Source of the DNA: Podarcis cretensis
Lineage: Eukaryota
Assembly: GCA_951804945.1 (NCBI GenBank)
Contig: OX638154.1
Span: forward strand, 57,722,001 to 57,786,000
DNA length: 64,000 nucleotides
Reading direction: 5' to 3'
In this document: piece by piece, positions 37,901-48,641 of the stretch
Layout of the letters: every line of letters begins with the position of its first letter
Numbering within the stretch: the stretch's first letter is position 1
Program-made: the position numbers and the translations under genes
The notes under the pieces: model-generated
The model's input: only the letters and a program-made list of their open reading frames with translations
What the model was told of the DNA's origin: nothing
Databases searched by the model: none

Positions 37901-37902
37901 AA
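5524..37902 (+). CDS. OSBPL9: OSBPL9/ORP9 oxysterol-binding protein-related protein 9, spliced CDS span (21 exons in window; exons 1-3 upstream of window)
   Basis: Exons translate to [16 protein letters not shown]...EFYDADE...EQVSHHPP...[19 protein letters not shown]; phases join with no stop; adjacent to NRDC as in mammals. Confidence 0.98.
6950..7830 (+). promoter_or_regulatory. CpG island / internal promoter in OSBPL9 intron 4
   Basis: Abrupt GC/CpG-rich stretch in an AT-rich intron, not matching the repeats seen elsewhere; GC box GGGGCGGGG 7333-7341; CCAAT at 6959, 7127, 7381; followed by an ATG and a splice donor; ends approximate. Confidence 0.85.
7518..7526 (+). CDS. OSBPL9: Coding part (Met-Ala-Cys) of a predicted alternative first exon of a PH-less short ORP9 isoform
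   Basis: aagcATGG strong Kozak; ATG GCT TGC|gtgagt consensus donor; phase 0 matches exon 5. Confidence 0.7.
9539..9919 (+). mobile_element. Sauria SINE, full length
   Basis: GGGACGTAGGTGGCGCTG head, ACCTTT tail, TSD tatccattt(c/t)gga. Confidence 0.93.
10549..10644 (+). CDS. OSBPL9: OSBPL9 exon 5
   Basis: acatag|[32 protein letters not shown]|gtatgt, 96 nt. Confidence 0.96.
10838..11068. mobile_element. hAT (Charlie-like) MITE
   Basis: cgggcatgtccaaa...tttggacaccactg ends, internal ccggcc repeats; TSD imperfect. Confidence 0.7.
11511..11648. repeat. Old palindromic ~130-bp MITE family (ccagatgttg...caacatctgg); further copies near 15015, 24508, 28325, 28548, 42915, 45138, 51345, 52790
   Basis: Multiple diverged, self-complementary copies across the window. 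Confidence 0.7.
12083..12130 (+). CDS. OSBPL9: OSBPL9 exon 6 (GC donor)
   Basis: ttttag|[16 protein letters not shown]|gcaagt, 48 nt; only the GC donor keeps frame with exon 7. Confidence 0.9.
12605..12702 (+). mobile_element. Squam3-like short SINE (tRNA-derived head plus CR1 tail), degenerate
   Basis: gcgtctgactgttaaccagaaggttgttggtt (tRNA-like) joined to ggggtcccttccagctct...tctatgattcta. Confidence 0.6.
13140..13203 (-). mobile_element. LINE (L2-type) 3' terminus remnant
   Basis: Reverse-orientation relative of the 48500-48639 terminus. Confidence 0.5.
14423..14452 (+). CDS. OSBPL9: OSBPL9 exon 7 (30-nt small exon)
   Basis: gtccag|[10 protein letters not shown]|gtaagt. Confidence 0.93.
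15498..15548 (+). CDS. OSBPL9: OSBPL9 exon 8
   Basis: ccttag|[17 protein letters not shown]|gtaagt, 51 nt. Confidence 0.96.
16891..16960 (+). mobile_element. CR1/Squam3-type 3' tail fragment
   Basis: attcctgcattgcaaggggttggactggatgacc...cccttccaactct. Confidence 0.65.
18835..19163 (+). mobile_element. CR1 LINE 3' fragment
   Basis: ORF2 tail [17 protein letters not shown] followed by CR1 3'UTR and (ATTCTATG)n-type end. Confidence 0.85.
19395..19870 (+). mobile_element. L2 LINE ORF2 C-terminal fragment, degenerate
   Basis: [12 protein letters not shown]..., [13 protein letters not shown]...FKVLLL motifs typical of L2; frameshifted; ends approximate. Confidence 0.8.
19955..20080 (+). mobile_element. 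MIR/CORE-like SINE remnant
   Basis: tgtgacctttggccagt...ctcagccc core and ccctgag...gaagggtaggata end. Confidence 0.45.
20934..20972 (+). CDS. OSBPL9: OSBPL9 exon 9 (39 nt, probable cassette exon)
   Basis: ccttaag|[13 protein letters not shown]|gtaagt. Confidence 0.93.
23140..23580 (-). mobile_element. L2 LINE ORF2 fragment, degenerate
   Basis: [12 protein letters not shown]...FRALNGL, resembling L2 LDYCN.LY.GLP...KALNGL; ends approximate. Confidence 0.7.
24880..25130. repeat. Old palindromic repeat family (aaatctgctctggag...cagagcagattt); relatives near 29190, 41100, 56460, 57600
   Basis: Shared inverted core motif; boundaries approximate. Confidence 0.55.
25995..26273. mobile_element. 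hAT (Tip100-like) non-autonomous element
   Basis: TIR tagg(a/g)ttgcca; perfect 8-bp TSD acatatga (25987-25994/26274-26281). Confidence 0.9.
27031..27124 (+). CDS. OSBPL9: OSBPL9 exon 10
   Basis: tcgtag|[31 protein letters not shown]+1 nt|gtatag, 94 nt. Confidence 0.95.
27591..27784. mobile_element. TcMar (Tigger-like) MITE
   Basis: 17-bp perfect TIR cagtggtaccttggttc, TA TSD. Confidence 0.9.
28173..28277 (+). CDS. OSBPL9: OSBPL9 exon 11
   Basis: ttttag|(E)[34 protein letters not shown]|gtatag, 105 nt. Confidence 0.95.
28858..29017 (+). CDS. OSBPL9: OSBPL9 exon 12 (FFAT motif EFYDADE at 28959-28979)
   Basis: ttacag|(G)[52 protein letters not shown]|gtaagt, 160 nt. Confidence 0.97.
30389..30501 (+). 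CDS. OSBPL9: OSBPL9 exon 13
   Basis: ctgtag|[37 protein letters not shown]|gtaaga, 113 nt. Confidence 0.95.
30918..31036 (+). CDS. OSBPL9: OSBPL9 exon 14
   Basis: ttacag|(D)[39 protein letters not shown]|gtaaga, 119 nt. Confidence 0.97.
31946..31990. repeat. (TAA)n microsatellite
   Basis: ~15 perfect units. Confidence 0.95.
32164..32249 (+). CDS. OSBPL9: OSBPL9 exon 15
   Basis: cctcag|[28 protein letters not shown]|gtattc, 86 nt. Confidence 0.97.
32435..32676. mobile_element. TcMar (Tigger-like) MITE
   Basis: 18-bp perfect TIR cagtggtacctcgggtta, TA TSD, internal taacctga repeats. Confidence 0.92.
32885..33059 (+). CDS. OSBPL9: OSBPL9 exon 16
   Basis: ctctag|[58 protein letters not shown]|gttagt, 175 nt. 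Confidence 0.97.
33320..33500 (-). mobile_element. MIR/CORE-like SINE remnant
   Basis: ttatcctcacaaccttgtgag...tgactggcc...acccactgagcttcatgg...tttgaatctaggtctcc. Confidence 0.55.
33510..34004 (+). mobile_element. L2-type LINE 3' end with (TTA)n tail
   Basis: Ends gccgccctgag...gggagggcagggtataaataaa(tta)n; same terminus as 3430-3540. Confidence 0.7.
34664..34748 (+). CDS. OSBPL9: OSBPL9 exon 17 (OSBP signature EQVSHHPP at 34724-34747)
   Basis: ttctag|[28 protein letters not shown]|gtaagt, 85 nt. Confidence 0.97.
34931..35041 (+). CDS. OSBPL9: OSBPL9 exon 18
   Basis: ccttaag|(I)[36 protein letters not shown]|gtatgt, 111 nt. Confidence 0.96.
35918..35981 (+). CDS. OSBPL9: OSBPL9 exon 19
   Basis: ttgcag|(G)[20 protein letters not shown](R)|gtaagt, 64 nt. 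Confidence 0.97.
36074..36214 (+). CDS. OSBPL9: OSBPL9 exon 20
   Basis: tgacag|[46 protein letters not shown]|gtaagt, 141 nt. Confidence 0.97.
36402..36480 (+). CDS. OSBPL9: OSBPL9 exon 21
   Basis: ttttag|(F)[26 protein letters not shown]|gtaaat, 79 nt. Confidence 0.97.
36865..36956 (+). CDS. OSBPL9: OSBPL9 exon 22
   Basis: ctttag|[30 protein letters not shown]|gtaagc, 92 nt. Confidence 0.97.
37608..37743 (+). CDS. OSBPL9: OSBPL9 exon 23
   Basis: ttttag|(C)[45 protein letters not shown]|gtacgt, 136 nt. Confidence 0.97.
37828..37902 (+). CDS. OSBPL9: OSBPL9 last coding exon 24 to TAA stop
   Basis: ttccag|[24 protein letters not shown]. Confidence 0.97.
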   Translation, partial: LFHEDGECWVYDEPLLKRLAASKY

Positions 37903-38492
37903 GTGGACCACCTGTATGAAGTTGAAGCCTTGGCTTAGTGGCGATAGTTGTAACTTCCAAGTACTCTTCTTTTGGAGAGCCTGTCTCCTCCAGTTACAGT
38001 TCCTATCTCAGGGATACTGGATTCACTGATGCAGCGAACAATTAAAACAGGAAGAGCCTTGACTGTGTAGCAGTAATTTATATTGGCCTTTCCTGTCTGA
38101 CCTCCCATGCTTCTAGAAGAATTAACCTGGGCTTGATCCCCATCATATATGTTTTAACCACTGCTGTAAAAGGTGCAATGGGGCATTTGATTCCAGTTAC
38201 ATATGATTCTGGCATCCTACAAATACATGACTTTATTTCATTAGAGCCAGTTAATTTGTGTAAATATGAGGATTCATTCTGCTAGTTTAGAAAATGCAAG
38301 ATTCTAATGTACCAACTGGTATGTTTTGGGTTTTTTTAAGAAATCATTTTTTGGCATTTCATTGTTTCCCCAAAATAACTTTGGTATTTTTAGAAACTAA
38401 AATGTAATTTTAGATTACCATTTGGTTCCTGCTGGTGCATCTATAATGCTTCATAAAATAGATTTTCAATTGTATGCATTGTTTTATTCCAG

Positions 38493-38498
38493 AGTAAA
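38493..38498 (+). terminator. Candidate variant poly(A) signal AGTAAA for OSBPL9
   Basis: Follows a U-rich stretch with TGTA elements ~590 nt after the stop; no canonical AATAAA seen on + between the two stops. Confidence 0.3.
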
Positions 38499-38939
38499 CC
38501 TTTTCACAGCAAGAATGCTTTGAAAGAGCATTATATTCAAGTTAAACAATGCTAAGAATGTGTTTTGCTGTTAAACAGGGATATACTCATATGCACTTGA
38601 AAACCCAGGGCAATATGTAAGATACAAGCAAACAAATGCAACCTCTTATATAAACACAATCTAAGTAACCAGGTTCTTCTGTTCAGCAGTGCTAGTAGTT
38701 CAGAAGATGGTTGGTCACAATTTGACCCAAGCACTTGTGTTGAAACCAATTTTACTGCATTCCTGTTTCTGGTAATTGCGCTGAACACAGTCGGCTGGCT
38801 TTTACTGGCCTCTCTTTTTCCTTTTGTCTTCTAGACGTAACTAGACTTGGCCAGAAACATTATATAGGCAATAACAGGCAAAACATAAATGCTCTGGTAA
38901 GGTGACCAAACTATCTAAGACCAGTTATGATTAAATAGC

Positions 38940-38955
38940 AAAAAAAAAAAAAAAA
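38940..38955 (+). repeat. A16 homopolymer
   Basis: Direct read. Confidence 0.9.
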
Positions 38956-39675
38956 CCCTACTGCTTTAATATGTGCTATATCCAGAATCAAGGTAATCTG
39001 AGTGACTTGTGCTTTTACTCTGGTGCTGCAGCTGCCTAATACCCACTGTAGAATCACTACTGAAAACTCTTGTCGTACTGGGACAAATGTATATAGTCAG
39101 TTGTTTCCTTTATGAGACAGTCTGGGAGTGCAACGGGCTGAGTTAGCTAGGTGAGATGCGTAAGAGCCGATTTGGGTAGGAAAGCTGGGTGAAGCAAGCT
39201 GATTAAGAGTTGTCATAGGTTGCTCTTAAATTCTGTGCAAAATCACTGCCTCATTTTATAGTCTTTGTATAATGGGGCTATGTAGCATATGCAAGCTTGT
39301 GTTTTGAATTTAGCAGATTCTCTGAGGTGGGTTTAACAGATTCTCTGAGTTTAGAAAATGATCTATGGGGCCTGAGCTGTATATATAGTTATTTATATAG
39401 GGAGGGTCTTGTGAGCTGAAGTAGGCTGTCTTCCAAACTTGTTATCAAATTAACAGCACTGCATTTCCTTCAACAAGGGCTACACTTTCTAAAATTAAAG
39501 TTAATGCAAAGTTAAGGGGTTCTGCAGTCCATCTAACAGCCTGTACATAAAAAACCAGAACTTGAGATCTCATTAGTTTATTGCACATGGTATCTGAGCA
39601 CTCATCCTGAATTCTCATGCAAATGGTTCTTACTTCCTTTTTTTAAGGCCAAGGATGTTGTTACAGACAGGCAGA

Positions 39676-39684
39676 TTTATTAAA
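39676..39684. terminator. Overlapping candidate poly(A) signals: AATAAA on - (NRDC) and ATTAAA on + (OSBPL9)
   Basis: TTTATTAAA; other minus-strand AATAAA at 39856-39861 and 39577-39582. Confidence 0.45.
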
Positions 39685-40092
39685 TAATCAACTACTCTCC
39701 AGAGAATCCTGTTAAATCACTTCTGTTCCCCAAACAAAACACAAAATGTCTTGGGGACTTGATACCCGATACTTCAACTTGACACCATTTTATCTACGTA
39801 AATAGCACTCCAAACAAAAAGACCTAATACATTAGATTGCTGGTGGGTCCAGCCCTTTATTTTGATGTAAGATTTTAATCTTCCTATATTTTACCCACTT
39901 CACCAAGAACACACTTGCTTATGCCTTCTCTCTTCAAGGACATGCATGTAGCAGATTACTTAAGACAGTGGAAGGTATTATGCTACGTATTTTCCAGAAA
40001 GCATGATAGGTTGGATTCATTGTAGTAAAGCAGACTCCCCAAGCTGCTCAGTAGTGAAGTTGTACTACACATTAAAAGCACTCTGAGATTAG

Positions 40093-40287
40093 TTATTTTA
40101 ATATCTTATGGTATGGGAGAACATTGAGTGCTGATGTATACACTTTGATGTCCTTGATACAAGTGATATCGGTCAAAGACGACGAGTCCAAAAACATTAG
40201 CTGAGGTATTTCATTGCATGAGGGACTGTGAACATTAGTGAGAGATGAAGCTTCTGTATCACCTTCATGTATTCCAAATCCAACCAC
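40093..40287 (-). CDS. NRDC: NRDC last coding exon to TAA stop
   Basis: ttgcag|VVGFGIHEGD...TSALNVLPYHKILK*. Confidence 0.95.
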   Translation of the reverse strand: MVGFGIHEGDTEASSLTNVHSPSCNEIPQLMFLDSSSLTDITCIKDIKVYTSALNVLPYHKILK

Positions 40288-43200
40288 CTGCAATTTCAAA
40301 ATAGCAAAGTTACCAGCTGATAAATTTCACAACAAACAAAAATGCAGCCTTACCTCCATAACTATGATTCACTTTCCTAAATTCACCCTAAACCAGGCAT
40401 GGGTACCTGCATGATCTATGACTCCTTTAGTAACAGCTAATATTCTACTCTGCTACAAGTGCTCTTTACTCAGCTGCTCTGCATATATACAATTCTACAT
40501 TTAAGTTACTACAGAACCAGGATTGTAATGCTAAACCTTTGAGTGAACCATTTGGTTGCTTCTGCTGTTTACTGGAAGCTCAAAAGCCTTGTACCTACTT
40601 GCCCACCCCCAGCACCCCCACCAAAAAACACAATCCATAAGTAAACAAGTATTGTGGGGGTAGATTGAATGCTTCTTTCTAGCCTTGCAGAAAAAGAGCT
40701 TCAACTACCTTTGCCCTGATAATTGCAGAAATAACAAATATGTGCTCAGCCTCTAAGCCAGGGACTTCCAACACAGATTAGTCTCGGCTGACCCTGACAA
40801 ATACATTTTTAAAAGCATAAATACTCACATGTACACTAAGCACTTTCCTTTCTTTACCTCTGTGTGCTTGAAACCAGTCAACTAGTTCAGATTGTGAAAG
40901 AGATTTTAGAGCTTCAATCTGAAAAAGATGGAATAGTTTAAAATGATAACACCCTACTTAACATGCAACTATTGTAAATTAGCCCAAAGCATCGGCCATT
41001 TTCTTTTATCCATGAACTCTGCACAGAACACAGCTGAACCTACCACCATTCTTCTCACTAACAGATAGTGAGGAATTTTTTAATTATTATTTTTGCCAAT
41101 TTACCCTCCCCCTGCAGCCTCCAAATGTACCCTCAAAATCAGTTCTAGAACATCAGAGGTGCAGGGAGAACAGTAAATTGGCAAAAACTCTTCCCCTTCC
41201 ATCGAAGGGGGAAATCCTATACCTTGAGCTCCTTGCAAAAAGGCGGGCTTTGAATTAAATAAATTAGCAGAAACATTCTGCTGGCTCATAGACCTTTGCA
41301 GTTGTTCGAGGTCAATGCTGGGATACAATCTTGTAAATATTTAAAGGGGATGGCTTCTGAGTTGCTCTGCTCTGCATTGGCTAAAAGAGTAGAAAAAGAC
41401 AATAAATTGTGTGCACATGCTCCCCGCATCAGTAGGAAAAAAGGGGTCTACATTAGCAACCACCATACTCTTCACAAAGAGAAAGTCTGTTGCTCTAATC
41501 CAGATGGGCGGAGTATAAATTATTATTATAACAGAACAGATGGAGGGTAGGTTGTCCAGTCCTATTTACCTTGTTAAACATGACATGTTCAGTGTCAGAG
41601 AAGCCCAACCAGTGCAAATGTATGTTGTGGATTTACGAAGGGGTGCTTACTGAGACCTTTTGTGGACACACTGGCACCATAATGGCTATAATTCCAGTAG
41701 CATTAGATACATTTATTTGGAGTACTTGGAGATTCACCTTAGTCTAAAGAGATTTTAGAAACCTGAACCACGCAGGAATTCTGCTGTTAAAAATAAAGAA
41801 GTCACTTACCTCCCGGACTAGTCTGTCAAACAGATATTGCTGAGTCACTACTTCTGTCCAGTTTCTATCTACCTCCTCACCAAGATGAGAATCTTCACAT
41901 TCTTTTAATTTAATGAGAGCTGTGACCTTGGGTAGAAAAGACAAGCCACGCTAATCACACAAAGTCACTGTTTCTACAAAAAATACTGAAGATGCCCCAT
42001 TCACACTAATTCTTCTCTTGGCTAAATTTTGGCCACTTGCAGTACAGTTCTCAGCCTCTTTGAGAATTTATTGAAAAGAAATATAAAAATACTTGTAAGT
42101 AAATGAGTGGATCATATGGACTAAACTATCTCCTTGCTGGTGCATGTTCATAGCACCACTTTATGTTTCCAGCCATATATCTGTAAGGAATCAAATTATA
42201 GTATAGTAAGACAATTTTGAGAAACTGGTATGTGGCCGAGTAAGGTGTGTATTAAAATTTGCTGAGCACACTACAGCAAAAACAGTAGTTACAATGTAAG
42301 GTGGCCTGGAACTAGGTTTCCTTTTTTTAGTCCGTATGTCCTCTACTCACATCATCAAAAACATAGGCAGCAAGAGGAATCTTGCACACTTAGGCATATT
42401 ATGGCAGCGGAATGCTCCACCAGACAAAGACTCCTCTTTGATTTCTGCAGATCACCAGCTGTGAAGTTTCTGGTCCTCAGATAAGTAAAACAAACCTGAA
42501 ACTATCACTAGCACATAGATGGATATACAGAAGGATATACCTGATCAAGCTGTCCTTTTATTAGTTTTCCAGAAATGTTTTCCAATAAAGAAGCATCTTA
42601 TTAAACCCCTTACCTGTGTCTTGAATGCTTCTTCTGACATTTGTTTGAGTTTTTCTTCAAAGCATGAAAGAAATTCTTCTATCTTCTTATCCACTAGTTC
42701 AGAGCTGAAAAGCAAGAACAATTTATATTCCAACATCTATTCCTTGTGGCTGTTGCATTCAAGAGTTTAGTTCCACAAAACGGAAGTTGAATTTATAAAT
42801 TACAATATATTACAGCAGCAGACAGTGCATACTCAGTTAAACCAAGAGTAAGCATGTAGGTATGTAAGTTAGCAGGAGTGAGGTGGATAGACCATTGTCC
42901 TGTCAGCACCAAACGTGAGATGGATTGCCTGTGGCTCTCCAGATGTTGGACTACACATTCCAGCATCTCTGACCATGCTGGCTGGAAGTTAGAATCCAAC
43001 AACATCTGAAAGGCTACAGGGTACCTGTCGTTGGAGTAGAGAGGTACATGACACAGATACTGTAAACTACTCTCAACAAAAACACAGCCACAGTGCTGTG
43101 AAATACGATGTAAAGACATTTTAAAAACAGGTGTGTGGAACAGAAGCAACAAATAAATGAGTAGCTCATGGCCATTTCTGTCCTGAGGCAGGCAGTTACA

Positions 43201-46200
43201 CACAGAAAAAGGAACCTTTTATGATTAAAAAAGTGGCTGTTGCGTAGGCAAGATAGAATAAAAAACTTCTTTACTTATTGCACCCCCCCAAAAAAAATGC
43301 ATTTTATTATTTTGTAGGATGAATGAATATGCAGGCCAGAGTTTGTATTTCCTGTTTTGAGAATGCTGTATCTAAAACGTCATGTCTGAAGAACTAATGA
43401 GCTTACAGGGCCTGATGAAAACAGTGAAATTAGTTTTAACAGAATACGCAACTCACTTGTATTTGGTTGCCTGTGTTGCTACTGTAACAGAGAAACCAAG
43501 AATTCCAGATGTATTCCTGCAAGTTGGGTACACATGGTATCTAAAGCCCAAAGAGAAGACACATTCCGTAAGCATGATTCAAAACATCTTAAGCGAGTTT
43601 CATGTGAATGCTATAATAATGAGCTAAGAATGCTAACTTAAGATTCCTATCCTCAATGTTTCATCAGTACACATGCCACCTACAAATTCTACCAAGAAGG
43701 AAGACTGCAAAAAAAACCCTCAACATTTTTGTGTTGGCTTTTAATTTTGTTACTACGGATAAAAAGTAGAGAGGTGACATCAATCTGCTATTGACTCGCA
43801 GGTCTTTCTATTTCATCGGAGTCAGGAGGGTCAACTTTTTCACCAAGGTATCTACCAATACCTCTTTCCTGGTCAGTCACTGCCAGTTCTATACTGCATG
43901 GATTTTTTTGGCCTCAATCTACATCAATTTTCACTTATACCCATTGTGAGAATGGTCCATCTAGTCTCTGATTCCTATACTGTACCCATTTACTGATCCA
44001 TAAGAGATCCTGCCCTTTTATCCCATGACTGCTAAAGCTTACTCAGGAGTCTTTGGTGTGGAACTTTATCAAAGGTTTCTTGAAAGTTCAAGTACACATT
44101 GTCTATTGCATCACTCCCATCCTTCTTGACGCATCTCACTTCCAAAGGGCAGCTGAATGGAAACTTACCCCAGGGTCTGCTTTGTTCGCAGGAAGTCAAA
44201 ACAAGGCTCTTCCATGTACATCTGAAACGAAGTATTTCAATCACAGCAAGATTTTTGCATTTTCCCTCCCACATAAAAAGCAGTACTTAAGGCTCAGGGC
44301 AGATGGAACAAAATGAAGCAATGATTTATATTTTTAAGCTAGCTATTAGAACAGCTTATCACCCTATGATACAAAATACTTGCCCCAAATAAATTTGCAC
44401 TATATCACTTATGTCTGTGGTAAGAAAGTTTGTATCTTCACATAACAGGAAGTGAACACTCAGGTTGTAGGCTGTGTTCTGGAAATGCACATTGACTATG
44501 TACTGAACTGATTATTTGGGAAGACCCTTCAAAAAGGTCAACAGTGTGTGCTTCATGTAACAGGAAATGGCCTTATGATGTGCCAGACCATTAGGTCGAA
44601 CTAGGGGTGTCCCAGACCTACCAACAGACACCAGGGATCAAACCAGGAGCTTTCTGCATATTAATCACCCTTTTGCCTCTCCATCCATGCTCTGTACTAT
44701 CCCTGCACAGTTTTAGCACAAACATCCCAGACATGGTCTATGGTTTGATTTGCAACAACTATGCTGTCCAACTGAATTTACATGCAAGTGTTGTGATTTT
44801 TATAGTTGCACTTAGAAAGCAATCCAAACTTACCACAAGCAATTCCATGAGAGAATATTCTCTTAAACTCCTAGCTCCGGACTAAAAGGGAACAGCAACA
44901 AATAATTCATTCCCTATAAGTTTTAAGTTTTTTAAGTTTTAAGTTTTATGTTTTAAGTTCTGCTATATGTTCATCTCCAAAGTGGAGATTGCCAAAGTGT
45001 TTTTTCCCAGACACCCACCCCATTTCAACTGTATTTTTTGCCAAGCATGTAAAGCTGCATGCACAAAAGCTAAATGCGAGTTAAGTTGTGAGTTACCTGT
45101 ATGGAGAAATAGAAGACACAATAATGTTTAGTATGTGGATAGGGTGTCACCATGGCCTCCAACCTCTTGGGATTTCCAAAAAGTTGTAGGGCAATGGCAA
45201 CACTCAGCTAGAGACTACAGGCTCCTTATGTTGTTAAAGCTGCCATGTGATAAGCTTTTTAAAATGGCAGTCAAATGCTCTACCACTGAGCTATACCCGC
45301 TTTTTAAATGGCTACTGAATTTTGTAAACACCATAGACAAACCACTGGCATCTTTATGTCACTCACTTTCCTGTAAAGTTTCTATGTTAGATTCCATTCT
45401 ATAGTAGAGTTATATTCTATAGCAAAGGTTATTCCTAGCTACATGTTTACATGTACAAAGTTTCCATCCGCTTGCAGAAGCCCACTGTATTTGCCATGTC
45501 AGTGCAGATTATGAAACAAGTTCTCAAGTGATAAAGGAGGGTCACATACTACGAGGAGCAAATGCACAATAAAGGAATTAATACACCCACTCTTTGCACC
45601 ACAGCACCTGGTAGTAGACGGTCACTTCAGAATTTGCATCCCCTTTGTTCAGGGTCTTCACTTTGCACAGCAGATGAGCACCGGGCAAGTCCATCACCCG
45701 GAACTGAACTGGACAGGGATGTACCAAAGGAAGGAATCTCAGTGTTCTGAAAAAGTCCACAGATCAAAGTGTCAGCTGTCAACTCACTCCTTAACCCAAT
45801 ACACAGTATGATCTAGGCTCAGATATCATAAACACGTGAGCATGTCTATTTCATAAAATACAAAAATCACATCGATGAAGACCCGCAAGAGAAAAACTTA
45901 AATTTGAGGCAGTTGCTGATGACCAAATAGGTTGGGTCTTAATTTTAGGAAGAAGTTATGTTTGTAATAGGGCTGCAGTATTTAATAAATGAATTGGTTA
46001 GATTCATTTAGAAAACCTTTTAACTGACTAAACAAGTGTCCAAGTTGATCAAATAGTGTGTGTTTAATATAAACAGCATCCTAAGAGAGGAACCGCTACC
46101 TTTTTTTCCACACAGGTGAGAACACCTCTAAGACGACACCTGCTACAACACTTGTATGCCACCTAAAACCAAAGAGAATATGCTTCTGGCTTCAGGAATA

Positions 46201-48587
46201 CTGTTTTTATTTATCTATAATTTTAACTGATAGGGTAATCAATCATATTCATGAGATCAATTAGCATTATTTTCAACTGGTTTGCAGTCCTAGTTTTCAG
46301 TGGTATCTCTCCCATTCAAGTTTTGGTCATGCCTCACAGCCTAATATATATTCTAATATAATATATAAATATACTTACTGAACAACATAATCCAGAAATT
46401 CTTTTGATTCCTTAAAGATAAATGATACGTATTTTAATTTCTAAATATATGTACCCAATGCCAAAATTAGTCCACACAAAACTAAAGTATTTTGCTCACA
46501 CTTAAATCTGGTGTTCTCAGCGCTGAAGAAATAAATTGGATAGAAACAATTTGTGGTTTCTGGCTCTAAGAAACAACTCATGCTTACCACCAATATACAA
46601 TCATTAGTCATTTTCCAAATTACTCTTTACTGGCCTTTACATGAGCCTATTAAGGATACTTTCCTACCATGAAAAAAAGCCCTCCCAGTATTACATTGGG
46701 GTTTTTTTGCCTCAAAACCTTGAGACCGAGAGACAACCCAATGGCCACTCTGTGTAAACACCAATCATTTTGTCCCAGACCACACAACAAATACTTTGTG
46801 AGAGAGCAAACTACAGCAGCAAAGCTTCATGGATTCCAAAACATCCTGCAAATCCTTCTCTGAACTACAAAGAAATCTGACTGATGTCTCACGTGGAAAC
46901 ACTTTCCCATGTATCAGTCTAAACACATGCAATATAAGCAGAGTGTCATCACTCCAAGAGTGGCATGAGAATCTTCCAGGCACTTAGACCAGCACAAGCA
47001 GAGGACAGATAGCAATATGAATTCACTTCATATTGACTGCTTGCACAGAAAAGTAGCCTTCTTTTGAAGCTGCACAACTGCTCTCTCACATTGAGTGGAT
47101 TTTCTAGCCATAGCCTTTTGATGGACTCTATTCTGCAAGGTTTGGTCCTAAAGCAACAACAAACAGATCCTATCAACATGGAGGCTGCAAACACCACTAG
47201 CTGCTGTGCTGTGGTACTAGCGTGGCAAGTCATAGATGAATAAGCCTATGCTTATGTAAACACCAATCATTTTGTCCCAGACCACACAACAAATACTTTG
47301 TGAGAGAGCAAACTACAGCAGCAAAGCTTCATGGATTCCAAAACATCCTGCAAATCCTTCTCTGAACTACAAAGAAATCTGACTGATGTCTCACGTGGAA
47401 ACACTTTCCCATGTATCAGTCTAAACACATGCAATATAAGCAGAGTGTCATCACTCCAAGAGTGGCATGAGAATCTTCCAGGCACTTAGACCAGCACAAG
47501 CAGAGGACAGATAGCAATATGAATTCACTTCATATTGACTGCTTGCACAGAAAAGTAGCCTTCTTTTGAAGCTGCACAACTGCTCTCTCACATTGAGTGG
47601 ATTTTCTAGCCATAGCCTTTTGATGGACTCTATTCTGCAAGGTTTGGTCCTAAAGCAACAACAAACAGATCCTATCAACATGGAGGCTGCAAACACCACT
47701 AGCTGCTGTGCTGTGGTACTAGCGTGGCAAGTCATAGATGAATAAGCCTATGCTACTTCTAGCTGTTAATCATCAAAATAAAGGATTGTTCAGAGAGGCA
47801 GATGAAGCTGATAGATCTGTACTCACAGTGCTTGTGAAGTTTCCTTGGACAAGGCCTTCTGCAAAGAGCTGGGATTTGAAAGCCTTCACAAACAATAGTA
47901 GAGAATCTATAGAAAGGCCCTTCATAAGTGTCTCATATTTGTCCGTCATAGACCACCTGCCGTGCTCCAGTATTAAGAGGCGTATATCTCTGTGACCAAT
48001 AAGAAATACAGCTGAATGCAGGATAATTGAAAACAGATGGCCTCTCAAGTTCCTACTATAAGCCAATCCGAAAGGAAGCAAAGAATGTGCAACTGCACTC
48101 ATTTGAAACACGGATGCTCAAATCTTGCTCCTTTCCTCTTTTTCATTAAAAGACCAAAATCTCCCTTAGAATAGAAACCTGCCATTCTTTTTACTCAATG
48201 AACACTGCAGCATGCATGAACTATTGTACGTAAATAACAATGCTAAGAGTGGTAACCTTCCAAATGCACATGGAGAACTGAACTATTTGTGGGTGAGAAG
48301 AACCATTTCCTCAACAATAACTGTAACGGGTGAAGAGAGACTAAACCCATGGGGCAGGAAACTTAGGCCCTGAATGCCATCTCAGCCTCACTTTGCCCCA
48401 GGGCAACCGTTAGGGTATATGAGTCCCTCCCCCCAGGTTTAACACCCCTTCCATGCCAATTGTGGATCTGACGGTGTTAGGTACAATTTTTACAGCTGCC
48501 ATATGTTTTGTGTGCTTTTAATTCTGTTGGGAGCCGCCCAGAGTGGTTGGAGAAACCCAGCCAGATGGGTGCAGTATAAATAATAAA

Positions 48588-48641
<54 letters not shown>

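Noticed and set aside
38930-38955. ATTAAA plus A16 as a retrocopy tail or true mRNA end
   Set aside because: Spacing only 4 nt and no TSD; more likely an oligo-dT internal-priming hazard
46765-47735. Two pairs of identical ORFs suggesting duplicated genes or exons
   Set aside because: By-product of the intronic 500-bp duplication; no NRDC similarity
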